A model generated the notes under the pieces. The model was given only the letters and a program-made list of their open reading frames with translations. It did no database searches and was not told where the DNA came from. Below are positions 49,386-63,635 of a DNA stretch of 64,000 nt, in pieces. The DNA is from Ramazzottius varieornatus (taxonomy: Eukaryota; Animalia; Tardigrada). Within the stretch, counting starts at the first letter, position 1. The number at the start of each line of letters is the position of its first letter. The stretch is taken from the NCBI GenBank assembly GCA_001949185.1, contig BDGG01000001.1, positions 5,197,624 to 5,261,623 on the forward strand, in the 5' to 3' direction. A program made the translations under genes and the position numbers.

Positions 49386-52300
49386 TTCTATTGCGTCAGG
49401 TTCAGCTTAGACCTCCGTCTTCCGGCAGGTCTGAGGCACAGCTACCCGTTTCTGATTATGCGACATCATCTTCATCAACATCCATTCTCTTAGACCAGCA
49501 CTAAAAGACGGAGGAAAGAAAAGCAAACTCAGCCTCGAAACCGAAATAGTTTTCAACACAAAAACGTACTCAACCAGGGTAACCGATGTGCACTTGTTGA
49601 TGTTGTGTGGTTTATCGTTACATGCTGCCAGTATTAGGAATGTAGAACGGTAGTAACGAAATCTAATTAGCCAAAATAGATGCATCATTCTGTACGATTT
49701 TGAAACCACTTTGACAAATCAATGAAACAACTACCAGTCAGCAAACCATCAATCAAGATCAACCGGAAGTGTGCCACTTCATCGAAGCAATAACGCACAG
49801 AGAAACAATCATCTTTCCTCGTCCCGATCCTTCCCGTACCTCACCGCCGTGAATCTTACGGATGTACTCGAGAAGTGCATCTGGATATACCAGGACAAAT
49901 TTCGGATCGTCTCTTTCGATAGTCTTTTCAACGTTCTAAAAACAACAGCCGATAAACAGAAATAGTACTATAAGGGTGCGAAAACGGTTGTCTTCCCGTT
50001 AATCCATCGGAGCAACGTACTAAGATTTGATTACTGAGGGCCGAGTAAATGGCGAAACGGGCTTCTTTTCCTTCCAATCCCTGCGAAGATGCTTCCAGAA
50101 GAACGGTACCAGGTTCGGTGGAAGGATTCACCTGCAACAATATTCCGTCATAGTTCGCATTCAGTGTACGGCTTAGGATGATGTGACATACCCTTGAATC
50201 TGGAACACAGTCGCCATTTCTTTTTCTGCTTCCATAATTACGCAGGTTTGGAAGTTAAGGTAGAGAGTACGACGAAGAGACAAGATCGAGAGACAGGTTC
50301 GCAAAAGGCAATGCGTAAAATAGAAATCTGAAAAATTAAATTTACTTCTTGCCACCTTGGCGGCGCCACCAGTGGTAGTATCGTTCCTGACGTCATGGGC
50401 TGCGCCATATGTCGGAACACCACGAGCTACTTGCGATTTTTTGTCTAACCACTGGACAACCGCTAGTTGGACGCTGGAGATATAATGTTGTAAAGAACTG
50501 ATTGTGAGTTGTTCTGAATTTTTTTCTAGCTGTTGAAACGCTTGGCGCGTGAAGGAGGACCTGGAACATGTGTTGGGAGCAGTTTGCCCTCGAGCCTTGT
50601 AAAATATTTCTAATTCCGTACGTAGTGTTTAGCCAGCGGTCACGAGCTACATGTCATAGAGAACCCGCCACTACAGGCAAACAAGAAATACTGAACCGCC
50701 AAAGCTGCACAGGAAGTGATTTGCGGTCAGGTAACCGTGCGCTGCGAAACCGAGTTGTGCCCCCGGTATTATGAGTGGTAATACACGATCCGAACGACCA
50801 GGTGGCCGCCGTCAATGCTGAACAAGAATGCTATGAAGGGAAAGCCATAAGGAATCATGATGGGCAGTGGACACCGGAAACGTCGATAGCACTGACCTGC
50901 AGCGACGCCTTGATGGACCTTCCGCAGAAGAGGTTGGAAAAGTCATGTTTCGTAGGGCGTGGTTTCCTGACATACTAAGATGTTTAGGTACGAAGCGTTA
51001 ACACGTTGCGTCGTCATTCCAACGATGGACAAACTGGAGCCCTTCACGTTGGAAGAGGCGGACATCATCGAAGAAGCGCAAACATGTGCATTTTGTGGAT
51101 CTTTTGCATGTCAGTGCCGCAGATATCCACGAGATGCGGAAACGGAAGGCCAACCTTATGCAGCCGGTGGCTAAAGCCATGCAGGACCTGAAAGCAGGCG
51201 CTAACCGCGTTGTAGCTGACTTTGCCATCCTGATTACTGCCATGGAACTGGTAAAATTTCGTAGCTTATTCAAGAAGCACTCCGTGTCAGATGTTAGTGA
51301 ACGGGCCGGGTTTTTTGACTCCTGGAGAAAGTGAAATATGGTGAGTGGAAAGGGAAGATACAGCCCTTCGTGCTGAACAGAATTCCACCGAAAGCTGCAA
51401 CCTTCTACAAGTATGTTGAGACGAAACCGGGACGACCTTCCGTGCAAACTTAGGCGTCCAAAACGGACATCGGCAATGGAGTATAATCTTTTGTTCTGAC
51501 CGTAGCTTATCTTTACGGAGAATGCAGATGAGGTGATGAACGCTGTTTGGTTACTATCCTGTTTTCAGAAATCAACGTTTCTTGCCCAATAGCGACGGAT
51601 CCGCTTCACAACTCAACAGCAGAAACAGTGCGTTTGGGTTTGCGAAGACATGTTTCTGCTGCTTTTGGACAAGCACGGTAAAAGTGTTGGAGAGCCTTCG
51701 TCGCATGGAGGGTTTCAAATGCTGCGAGCTCGTAAGCTTTAACGGGTCCAACCGCCGAGCTATGCAAGTCCCGTGCAGCAGTCTCACCGATGGGCAGATG
51801 AGCGTACTGAAGCATAAAGGGGTTCCGGAAGGTATGCTACTAGTTTGGATGAAGGAAATCTAAAATTTTGTGCCGATGTGATACGTTTTGCAGATTCTTT
51901 GGCAACAGAAGCAACTCCTACGGTCGAAAGAAGATTCGAAGTCATGTCACCTTTCAAAAAGAAGGTGCGCTAGGACGATTCAGTGTCAACAGAGTACTCA
52001 ACCTTGAGAAACACAAGTAGAGACGCGTTCTAGCCACTGGCGACCTCGACGCAAAAGGTGATTTAGCTGGACCACAAGTGATCCGAAGTATTACCTAATT
52101 ATGTTTTTTGATGCTTGACAGAACCAACCTAGTTCACCTAGGTCGCCGAATCAGTCCAGTCCACCTAAAACTCGAAGCAGTGCTGGTCAGGGCGTCATCC
52201 CCGTATCACTAGAACCGGTTCCCAGTCTTAGCTTGAGTGTGACCAAACAAGGTCTCTTTAGCGCATATTTCTACACGCTGAATCAGAAGACGGTATTTGA

Positions 52301-52729
52301 GCAGATGTCTCTTTTTAGTGGCGCTTCCGACCAAGTCCGATTACGTCAACGCTCCAGTCAACGCATGCAACAAAGAAAGAGCGTTTTAATGATAAGAATG
52401 TTTGCTCTAAATGTGCAGTAAGCAAAAGTGGTAAGGAAGAAAAACCTATCTGTGCTCAAAGTGCGAACAAAGATATCACTTACGCTGTCAGACTGAAGAA
52501 ACTAAGGCGTGGCTTCACAGTGGTCGAACCCAGCAACACAGCTGTGACAACTGTCGAGTCACAGTTGAATCTTCTGCGTAACTTGTGTATTTCGCATTGT
52601 TAAAGTCTGCGAAATACAACCTGCAAGACAATCGTCACTCACCAAGTTTAAAACTGTTTACCGGTCGCCCATCCTTTACGCTGCGGTGACGTTCCTCCTT
52701 ACAGCCGCCGCTGCTATATATTCACAGAT

Positions 52730-53400
52730 TCCCAATGCCATTGCTCTTTGCCTTGGCATATTTATTTTGGGTTGTTACGAGATGTGTTTGTACGCTACCA
52801 AAAACGGCAATACAAAGACAAACCTTGGCCTCACGCCGAGTGGGTTCAGATTCGCGTGTTAGCCTTTCTCGAATTGAGCGTAACGCTCTTGGCCCCTGGC
52901 GACATCTGTTCCACTCATCGAATCTGTGTTTAACCCTGCAATTATTCGAAGATTGCCTATCATCCCAGCTGTATCTGGTGGAAGAATGAGTGTTACTATA
53001 CGATGAATCCGACATTACTTCCGGCGAAGCCGCAAGGCTAATTTGTGTGGCAATGTTCGACACTATCGTCATGTGCACGTTAAAGCTGCTCCATGTCTGC
53101 GGTTGCTGAATGCCCTGCCGTCTTCCGGAACGATGGGACGATTTTTATCGGTTTCAAGCAACAACAACCGCTACTTCCAACATCCCGATGTCAGCTGTTG
53201 CCAGCCAAACAAGTAGGTATTTGCCTAACGACGGGGCGTTCCTGTCCACCATCACGCAAGACATCGCTTACCTTCCTGCCAGCTATTCTGCCCAGCAAAC
53301 GCCGGCCACTCCACCGGCGCCCGACACTTTCCGTTCTCCCGATCTGGATCCACCGCCGTCCTATCTTAACGCAGTAACAGAAACAAGAAGAAATGTTGGC
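52730..53400 (+). pseudogene. Possible decayed membrane-protein gene with a PPxY tail
   Basis: Hydrophobic fragments interrupted by stops, followed by an S/T/P-rich tail ending PDLDPPPSYLNAV, similar in layout to ORF 46395-47015. Confidence 0.3.
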
Positions 53401-53621
53401 TCACACTGTAAAACACCAGTGACAGGGTATCTCGTGACACCAAAAGCTTCTCAAGACGATATGCGATTTGCGATAGCGACTGTGAGCAGAAGGCCGATAA
53501 GATTATCGCGGTGCCACTTTGATCTGAAACAGATTCCCCGTCGTATTTGCCATTATTGTAACAACCACCGCACTTGTAACAATCGCATGACGCGGTTAAG
53601 CGATCGTAACCCAGTACAAAG

Positions 53622-56600
53622 TTATTCCATTCTTGCATCCATCTCTTGAACAGGCTCAGCCATTGCGTGTCTCTCGCTCGACAACCTCTGCACACCTGGC
53701 TGAAGATCCCTGACATCTATAGGTTGATATTCTACCTCTGACTTCATCGTTGTCATGAGCTGTTCGGCTGACCGAGGTTTCCGTAATGGTCCGACACGTA
53801 AACTGGGTCCTGGTAGGGCTGCCATTGGCCTGGATTGTTTGCCGCCAACTGCCTGTTGCATATGGGCCGAATGCTTTCTCAGGAAGGTTTCCATCCGGTC
53901 GTCTATGGTTTTCCTTGCTGCAGCTCTACCAAACCTACGCAGCAAAGGACGGACTGTTTATCACTTTTCCCTCACAGAATGCTGTAATAGGTTTGACACT
54001 CACATAAATTCAGAGTTCAGGGCGGCCTTTCGAGTTGTGTGCCGACCTCCGGATTCTCTTATCAGACTGCAGTGGTCGCAGTGCGGTGCCACAAGGTGAC
54101 CAAAATGATGACCCTTATTTTGCTTATATTCGAGGCATTCTTGTTCGCGCAGGTGGCGCTGCAGTTGGCGACCCAGCGCTGTGTGGATGTACTTGAGCTC
54201 TCCCGCTTTCGGTTGTCCGTCCCACGCACCTCCAATCATCCTTCGCTTAACGTAATCGATCTGCGGTCGGACCGCAGACGAAACGTACGCATGTGGCCAT
54301 CCTGTAGGCTTCCTGCAATATCAGTGCACCATCAGGTTAGGCGCAAACGCTTTGTGAGTACTGGCTCGAGTTACTGACTCGTTCGGAGTTGGGTCCACGG
54401 CTTTGTCGCAGGAAACGCATGTGAAAGCCCGCAATGGTCTAAAAACCGAATTGCATTTTCAGTTGTTTTTTGCACTGCCTGAAGCACTGTACACACCTTT
54501 TGCTTCCAGCTGCAGAGTCAATGTCGATGGCTTTTTCGAGCTCGATAATTCTTCTGACTAGCATCTCCATAGCTTTGGTCCACTTTTCTGTTTGCCGATC
54601 CTTGTCATTCACCTGCGACGTCAACTCGACATCCAGCTTCTCCGCGAGATTTCTTATGTTGTTGTCGAGGTAATCGCCCTGTCAAGTCGGCAAATGTATA
54701 GGAGGTTGGTTTGAGCTTAGAAAGAAAAGCTTGCCTGTTGATTCATGAAGTTTTTGATCTCGAGAAGCTTCCGTTGCAGGATGTTGGCAAACTCGGTAAA
54801 CTGTGGTCGATCCAGCTTTCCGTCTAACAACGCCACATCGGCTTTCTGTTGATGCGGAAGTGATTTACGAAAGTTATCAGCACATGCTCAACACCGGGCA
54901 AAGCACCGTACCGGAAGGAGAAGCTCCATCAGAGCATTCTCGTCTGCTTTGTCGTGTTGGAGTCGATGAGTTTGATTCTGCAAGTTTTCCAGATTCTGCT
55001 GCAGTATTCGTAGAACACTCTCCAGCTCGCTCAGTCGAACCTCTATCATGGCAAAGTTTTCGGCACATGCCCGACAGAAAATTTCGAATTCTGCCCGGCT
55101 AGGTCCATTACTTCCCTACAGCAAAATGCGATTGCTTGGAACTATTAATCTTTACACAAAGAAAGCCTTACCGAGTTGGTCTTTTCGCTTTTACTGGAAT
55201 CAAACTGGGGATGGACCAGAGCATGCTTTTGGGGTGCTGAAAACTTCGTCGCCTGTTCTTTAAGTTTCCCTGTTACGCCAGCTAGTTCAGAGTGTAAAGT
55301 ATTTAGCCTGTTTTGCATCTTGTCAAAATGGCGCTTCTGCTGCTCCAGTAGCTGTTGCAGATTACGAATTTGTGCCGCTGTCGCTTCGTCTTTTTCAGCT
55401 CGAATACGAGCTGCTTCTTCGTCGTCCGGTGAAGACAGTCCCATAGCAAACAAGCCGTGCGTGTCATCAACATTCCGAGAGCCATTTGCAGTTGGTTGGA
55501 CGGCCTCTGGAATTGTCGGCAGAACAGGGATGGCGTTGGCATTCACTGCTGGAGACGACGACCGGGTTGGACCACCTGTTGCTCCCCAAGAGCCGGATCC
55601 TGAAGTATTATTCAGTCCATTCATGTCTTGACCGAAACCGTACGTCGATCTTCCAGCTGCCGTCTGCGGAGTTCCAGAAGTATCTGGATTGTCTGAACCT
55701 TCCGACGAAGAGCCGGAAGTACCACTGGAGCCAGACCGGTTGCCGGCGGTAGTTGATGCAGCATCGGAAATTCGTTCTTCATGAATCGACTGCTTGAACT
55801 CGTTTGCTGCGCTGTCTGAAACAACAGTTTACTTTAAAGTATCGGGTGAAATTTATTATCAGGTATGTAATCTTGGAAGGTGAATTTCTCACTTAGTTTG
55901 TTCACGTTCTTATTCTGCGCAAGTCCGCTGAGGTAGTCCTGAAGAGATGCTCGTACCTTTTTACGGATTCTGAACGATGGCAAAAACGAGTAACAGACGG
56001 CGCAGACTTACCTCTATCCTGGTCAGTCGCTTGTCGAAGCGCTGAGTCAATCTCACCAACCGACCTATCTGAACGAGGATATCCAGAACATCTTTGTCCG
56101 GTTCAAGAGTATAGCTCGCGTTTCCCGCTTTATCCGACTTTTCCACCGGAGTCGTTGCCGCCGACTGGTTAGACTTCTTGCCAGCCTGTGGCAAGTTTGG
56201 ATCTGTCGCGTGGGTCCACCAAGACGGAAGAGGCTCATCGACTTGCCCCTCTTCTCCGGGAGGATGGTCGGTTGCCAAATTGTGTTTCGGCTTCTCTGTA
56301 GGCATCGGAGGGTGACCATGAGACGCCGGACGCGGCGAAAGATTGATCGGTTCCGCGCCAATCATAGACTTCTTGGCGTCTTCAGCCTGTCGGTCTACTA
56401 AAACACTGCGCAGCGCCGGCCATGTAACGAAAACTGGCTTGGTGTACCCCTCTGGAATCTTGAAGTTCTCTGTATTGTTGGCAGCGCTGAGCAGGCTTCC
56501 ATCCAGAGCCTGTAGAAGTGAATCAACTTCAACTTGCGATTTTCGCGAAACATCAGGCAGCAGTACTAGTAATGGGTAAGACAAGACTGAAGTGAGTTCT

Positions 56601-57367
56601 GTACCTACGTCTCTGAAAGCGGCGTCCGGGTTGATCATCCATTTCCTCAGAAAGTTCACTAGCCCGTTCTTCAAGTTCTTCAGCTTGGCAATAGCTTCTC
56701 CGTGTTCTTCAAGTTTCGCATTGGCCACTTCCATAGCCTGCTGTAACATGTTCAGTCTGGCGTTCATCTGAATAATTTGCCATGCTTCAGCCAGAGGACC
56801 CAGGGAAGCGCGCTGACTGCTAGGTGCATTGTCAACGGAGGTATCAACTGGAGTTCCGGCATTGGCAGTTCCACCGGAACCGTCAATATTTATAGAGAAG
56901 TGTCCAAATCCTCCTAAAGCATTTGCTCCTACCAATGGGTCGACAGCCGTCTTCAGTTGATTCAGCTGATCTTCCAGAGCTGCGATACGAGCTTGGTCGG
57001 AATTATTATCCCTGCCGATGGTTAACTGGAAAGATGGTGGAAGCTGTGGACTAGCGAGGTCGTTTGGGCTGTTGGGATCACGATAGTCAATAATGTCAGA
57101 AGGATCGACTGCGTCACCATCGGCCATCATATCCCGACCGGCTTGTCGTATAAGCTCTCGGGAAGGGCGGTGGCCGAGGTTTACCCGATCATGGGCGATA
57201 TGCATACGTTCGATAATATATTCCAGCAAGACATAGAGGCTACGGAAATTCACAACACCGTAATCGGGAGTCTTGAGTGACATGGTTAAGAGCTGCATCA
57301 GCGTTAGCGTTTGGGGAAGAGCCATGTTGGAGGGGCTGCCTTGAAATTGCGCTGGTTGCGAATCCAT
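53622..57367 (-). CDS. QRICH2/C16orf96-like (DUF4795-like) coiled-coil protein
   Basis: N-terminal LTLMQLLTMSLKTPDYGVVNFRSLYVLLEYII, long coiled coils, DIDSAAGSKR | ..FTCVSCDKAV and RESGGRHTT resemble the conserved blocks of this family. Internal exon boundaries and the 3' end are approximate. Confidence 0.7.
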
Positions 57368-57799
57368 GATTTACAGTTGGCAGTCTTGGAGAGAAAAAGG
57401 CTCAAAATACAATCGAGTCTGGGAACTCAGGAGTACAACAGCACGGGTTTTCCAGAAATCAGATGACTATATCTTCGGTTTGAGATCTCCTTGTCGAGCG
57501 CTTTAAGTCTGACATCTATTTATTCGGCTCATAAGACTAGACTCGTACGACAGGAGGTTAACATATCTTCTTTTTTATATATATAAGCAGAAGTATCGGA
57601 CTGTAGTCAAGGATCACTCTCTCCCGGTGTCTCTGAAGGTCAATTACCACGGAAGACGCTTTAAAACTCAAAACTAATTGAGTGGCTTTATCCAGTGCTA
57701 ACCGACATGATGATGGTCGAATGAAAATGCACTGACTATACAGAAATGAAAACGGAATAACATTCGCCTTTACTACTTCGACCGACGTCCTTCAAACTC

Positions 57800-58732
57800 G
57801 GCGGAAACGACGTCTCCCTACAACGGCGTCCTTCTCCATGGTCAAGGTGTAGATCTGGGACACGCAAAATTGTTAATCATTCAGTATTTCGTTATGAGCT
57901 TGTTGCTTTATCGAAAAACCAACGTACCACATCGTGCTCGTTCAAGCCGAGGAAGTGGAAGTCCACCCTTAGAACCAGAAGCTTATTGTTGCCGGCCGGT
58001 GCCACGTAGTAATTTGATCCATAAGGAAGCTGTGGTGGGATATCCGCGTACTGATAAGTGAACCAGTACGTCAGATCGTGCGGACCATGGATAGTTGCTC
58101 CCAACTACAACACTCAAGTTTTAGGCCTTCGCAAGGAGGGATTCTTGAGCAAGATTGTGGGAATCACTCACGGTAGCCTTCCCACTTCGAAGGTTTACGA
58201 TCTGGCTTTCAGTAAGACTGAGCTGGAAACCACTGTGCTCTTGAAGCACATTGTTCACAAAGAAGATGAAGTCGTAGCGCTTATATCCGGCTTGTTGGAT
58301 AATCATGGAGACGTTAGAGTTTACTGTCTCAACTGGCGAGTCTGCAAAAGCAAAAATACTGTAGAAAATGACACTGAAATTGATGGTTATCAAGGTTGTA
58401 GGAGCATACTCTTCCGCTGGTAAATTTCCCACATGTTTATTTGCGGGTCTCGACGTGGATCAGACAAGAACTTCCCCACAAAAATCGGGTTCTCCAGATA
58501 ATCCTCGTTTGACGGCTTAGAATTGATCACCACAACCACTGGCAGGAAAAAAAGAAGCCTGAATAGCCTACGTATACACAACGAATACGTACAGTATCAT
58601 GAATTTAAACTTACCTATAGCAATGATCAACAGTATGACTAGCAATACCAAAGCACCCACCACCCACAACATCCGCGAGGAACTCCAGAACAACGTATCC
58701 TTGAGGGAGTGCAGCCTGTCTTTGAGCGTCAT
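57800..58732 (-). CDS. Type II single-pass membrane protein, possibly with a CUB-like segment; 3' end uncertain
   Basis: MTLKDRLHSLKDTLFWSSSRMLWVVGALVLLVILLIIAI followed by a gtaagt donor; further exon-like blocks at ~58390-58540, ~58125-58320 and ~57930-58100 (YVAPAGNNKLLVLRVDFHFLGL). Confidence 0.45.
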
Positions 58733-59833
58733 GTTTGGAGTTACTGGGGAGTGTTGAACTGCCTGTCAAAGATCTGACCGTCGAACAGATTTTGACTTCA
58801 CCTTTCTTAATCAGATGTTACACTCAAGCTGGATTCGGGAGAACTGCGCTTCCGCTATCTTCCAAGATATTGCGACCCATAAATCGTGTTGATGTCAGTG
58901 GCTCTTATCGGGACAGTCAAGAGTAAATTTAAGCCAAGAAGACACGCTGCGTGCCAGATTTGGATAGCTTCGCATTTCCGGTTCTTGATGTAGGCGAACT
59001 TCAGACTTTTTGAAACATTACTGGTGCCCAATGGAGGACTGCTGGTCGCAACGGTCCGATTTCTATTCTGGGAACGGTCAAGTTGGTAGGTGAAAACCAA
59101 AGAAGATGGTCACGCCGTGCTCAAGTATGTTACGTTAAGGTTTTACGGTTGAATTGCTGCAAAGCGAGCGTGCATTTTTCCAACATCGCGTGTGCGCGAC
59201 AGGTACACAGCATTTTCTGACGATATTTTCTCACGGTGGTGACGCCCAATGCTGAACGAACCAGCGAACCGGTTTCACCTGCAAAATGCTTGACTACATA
59301 TGATCACCTGCACAGCTTTCTCTCTTATAACTATTCACCATTGACATATTTTCATTAAACACAACGTTCGGTGTATTATTCGATGGCGTTATCCGATAAC
59401 ACTGGAAGAGACTGTGTTTTTGCCCAGTCAGCGAAGAGCCTTTTTGCCGTTCAGCCGACTTTGCTCAACTGTTGCCAAACGGTGATCGCAGTACATTTGC
59501 AACATTAACCTGTCCATTCTGTCGTTCTTCCAAACGACTGTATTATCACAGTTATTACAGCGGGCTTTTATGGAAGCCTTCAGCCAGCGCGAATCGTTTT
59601 TAGACAACTCGCCACAGTCGTGCTTACCTTCGCATTGATCTGTTAATATGTGTGCATATTCAATACTCAACCTTCTTGATCTGCGATTTTCGTTTCCGAA
59701 AGGTTTTATACTACATCATAATCATTCTCCATGTCCCCTTGACTTTATTTGCCTCATCAAAATCTGAAAAGCGTTTCACTCTCTGATTCGACGGACATCT
59801 TACTATTACAGGTAGTTTTATGGAGTAGAAACA

Positions 59834-62800
59834 ATGGAGCCGGACTGGGACGATAAAACAGTCAGTGTAGGGCAAATCAAGCGGGAAGCCAATCTACTTC
59901 CTTGTATCGCCAAAATCGACTGTGAGGAACGTGTGGAGTCCAATGCCGAGATCGATTTGCGCCAACCGCTTCTTTTGTTCAAAGCCTACAAAAGCGTCAA
60001 GGTACAAGCCAGATTGCTGTACCGCCACAAAGTCAACCGGAAGGACATTTTTCAGCCGTATGGGAATGTCTCGCTCGTCATTCCCAAAGGCTACACAGGT
60101 ATGCGCGATGAGATTTAGTGGTGTGAGAGGCCTGCAAACCACCTTGGGATGATTGTTACTTCGAGTGCCTCAGTTTGCCTTGTTATTGGGCGGAATCATG
60201 CACCGCGTAAGATATCGATCATTGCGGGATTGTTTGCCGGCCTCCCGTGTATCGAATCGAGTTTCGTGGCCCGTGTAATTATGACTGTATGTGGCATTTT
60301 TGCTCTGTGTAAAGCCGGCTGATCCGATTGTCAAAAGTTTCAAAATATTTGATGGATCGTACGGTCAATGTCAAGAGACTGTGCGAACTTTTGTTCGTAC
60401 GTTATCGGCGCTCGAAATGGATACGGTCACATTATTACCTTATGCGCTGTAGCAGACAAGCGTGTAGTCGCACGCGACCAGCCCGATCCTTTGTGTTGCA
60501 AACCATTAAAAACAAATTACATAACTCGTTCATATTGGCATAAACGAGAATAAATGAGCTTATAATGAGTCGTTGATGTATCTGTTCGTTACACTTGAAA
60601 AGCCTCGACGGAAGGAAAATACCGCAGTCAAAACATATTGCATTACAGTCGGATCCAATATTACTTTTTGTTTGTTTTTGTGGAATTGCTAGACGGAAGT
60701 GGTGGATAGGGACGGGTATTAGCCATGGCTTAGCTCTGCGCTAATACCTCAGATTGGAAATCCGAGCTGCGGTGATTATTTGTGTAGTGCGCAAAAACAT
60801 GATCGAAAGCGAGGAAGCCAAGTACGCGATAAGTATGGTTACGCAAGAAAACTGTCGAATCGTCCACCGCAAGCGAAAGCTCGCCTAATTTCAGACAGTT
60901 CTTTCGAAAAGTCGTTGGGCGAAAAACTTACGAAGCTCAGCAGGAAGTCAAGTTGGGTATGCAGTGACAAGTAATTAGCATATTGTTATGCCAACGAGGC
61001 ATTAGACTATGCGTACTTGGTGGGGAAAAAATGCGGCAATCCTGATAATCATGTGTAGTTTTGAGATTACTGTGCGATCAAAATTCAGAACAGCTCGTTC
61101 CACAACGAGTTTTTCATTGTGAAACTACGCGCAGGACTTATTCCATAGTTTTCGAAATCACTTGAGTTTTTGGAAGTCGTCTTTCATGCTGCACCTTTCC
61201 GCCCGAGGTTAACGCCAAGCGGCGCTCTCTTTTCTCTTCGTCAATTGGACCCGCTGGAAAGGGGTCGAAAACGACGGTATCTTAACTTTTCCCACTCTGC
61301 TTTCTCAGTATGTATCCATGAGCTCTTGGGCGGGGAAGTGGCGGAAGCAGAGGTCGTTAAGATGCAATCGGTGGCGTGCCAAGACTCATAGTCATTGTTT
61401 GTGGTCAAAAGAATTCAACGTGCGCAGTCATGCGCAGTGTTGGAAAACTTTGGGCGTACTCGCCTCCAAGGACAGTGTCAAGTTAACCGCCTTCTGCCGA
61501 GATGGCAACAATCAATTACACTTGTACAAAAAGTTGATCTTTGCTGTCCATCACACGCTGTGACAGTAAACTAGCACGGCAGATGCGAATGATGAGTGCT
61601 ATACCAGCTGGAAGAGGTTAGCGTAACGCAGTGTGCCGTTGTCACAGAGGATGATACGAGGCGGTGTCGACGAAAAAAACGAGTTGTAGAAGATCTGTTG
61701 TTCAAACTGTCGCTCTGATCAACGGATCGGTGAGGCCACAAAGTGGCCCACTGTTATTTTCAAATATAGTCGGGTACGTTGATTCTCAAGTCTGCTAGCT
61801 GTCGCCTGCTGTCTAAAGCCTTGGGATGATCATCACCTCAGGTGACGCAGTTTTCCTTGTTATTGACTGGGAATGTGCCTCACTTCATCGTAACCGTTCC
61901 GAGACTGTTTGTCGGCCTTCCAAGTGATGGTTCCGATGCCTTGATTGAGGTGCTTTGAGATATTTTCGGTTTCGTAAAGCTCCGTCTTCTGTGTGAGGAA
62001 AAAACTGGTGTAAGTGTATCGTGCACTGAATGACGCCATTAATAAAACATTCCGAACGAATGCGCTACTGACACGCCGACATTGTTCGGCGGTGCAGCGC
62101 GACAGCACGCGAATGTCAAGATTGCGACCTAGGACATCAGGCCAAATGAAGCGGCAAATTTATTGAAAAAGAAAAGCAAAATAACGGACTGAAGAACCGT
62201 GAAGATTTAGTTCAAGCACACACCATGTAATCTTCTTCAGCACTTTCGTCGCTTTTTTCCTTTCATCAGAGCAGAATAATAGAGTCGCAAATGGATTAGT
62301 AAATTATCAAATAATAATGGTTTTACTTTCGGTGAGAAAGCGAAACGGATACACACGCGTCAGTTATTTTATTGCCCCATTAAAAGTAGAAAGGAACCGT
62401 CCCGCTACCTTATCCAGTCGATTTTGGCGGTGGAAACTGAGAGAGTTGCGTGTTTTGGACACTCACACAGCGGATAAAATATTCAAGGAAATCCTTGGAT
62501 CGTCAGAACCTCCATGTTGTTTTTTAGCGAGTCATTCATAAACTTTATTTCTACAGGACTGTTTTCGATATTGGACAAAGAAGGTTATCCAACCGCCAAA
62601 TGCTACATGTTCATTAACGACCTGATCAAAGTCACCGGTCAAGTTTCGGCGTCCTTCCTCATTCATAACTGCACAATCCAAGCGTACCGCCGAATATCCA
62701 GGCGGCACTACCGTCGAGTGGCGCTACCTGCCGGCACTATTCTCAAAACCACCGGGCTTTTCACCGACCAAACACCACCGTCCCAACGCCCTCTCAGTCA

Positions 62801-63635
62801 AGCTTCATACTGCAACACTCCTATGCGTCCGTCTTTCTCCTTTGCCAAGTTCTTCAGTCGCCACTTGGACCATTATGACGTCTCAACATCCTCCTCTTCC
62901 ATCAGCAACGAAGGCTCGACTACCGCACCACTCACACGCGAAACTACCACCGAGAGGTCCTTCTTGAAATGCCAAGTCGCAATGGACGATGAGATCTACA
63001 TCCCACTTACAACAGCAGGCAAGTTCTTCCTCATCAGCGACCCTGCGAGAACCGTAGAGTTCAACAAGCACTGTATCCATCTTCTTTCAACGGTAATATC
63101 TGAAGAACTTTTACCGTGCCGAGCGAAACTGATATGCGGGTTCTTGCCGGAAATGAGGGAACATTTCACGGGATACCTTCAACTGGAGACGATCCAAACA
63201 TGTGATGTCATGCTGGTTTGCACAATGAAGTCCCACCCGTTTCAGCTGTTCGAAGTGGATACGACGTCGGAGTTTGAATTCCGGACGGCTTTGCTCAGTA
63301 ATCCCAGGTATCTAAGCACGTCATTCCGCGCGGCATTAGCTTTCGTTTCCGCCCATTGCGAGTCCTGGAGGAAACAGGTGAAGATTGTGCACGAGGTGCA
63401 GGTTGATGCAGCTGAAGAAGAAGAGGAGCATATCTATGCGGAAATTGATGGACCGGATACAAATATTTCCGTGCCGTGCACCAGTTCAAGTTCTTCACCA
63501 GGTGGCAGTAGTGGAGTCAGCTCGCGATTTAGCGATGAAACCTTCAGCTCAACAGAGACAACGCCATACTCAGATAGCTCTCTAGAATACAGGATGCATG
63601 TGTTATCTTTTCCCTCTAAACTATCTTTCGTCTAA
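59834..63635 (+). CDS. CABIT-domain protein (GAREM/Themis/Serrano-like)
   Basis: Exon 59834-60098 (WDDKTVSV..LPCIAKI..LLLFKAYKSVKVQAR..LVIPKGYTG), a phase-1 intron 60099-62556, then exon 62557-63635 (LFSIL.., LKCQV..EIYIPLTTAGKFFLI, LPCRAKLICG), with an acidic/Ser-rich tail containing EEHIYAEI. Confidence 0.75.

Noticed and set aside
47543-49670. piggyBac terminal inverted repeats
   Set aside because: Only weak similarity (ctgccag..cggta) between the ends and no TTAA at the right end, so boundaries were not called.
49930-52250. Exon-like fragments and short ORFs on both strands
   Set aside because: No stop-free spliced model and no recognisable domain; possibly a decayed gene, left uncalled.
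60099-62556. Long CABIT intron scanned for nested genes or TIR elements
   Set aside because: Only short ORFs and weak inverted similarities; nothing supportable.
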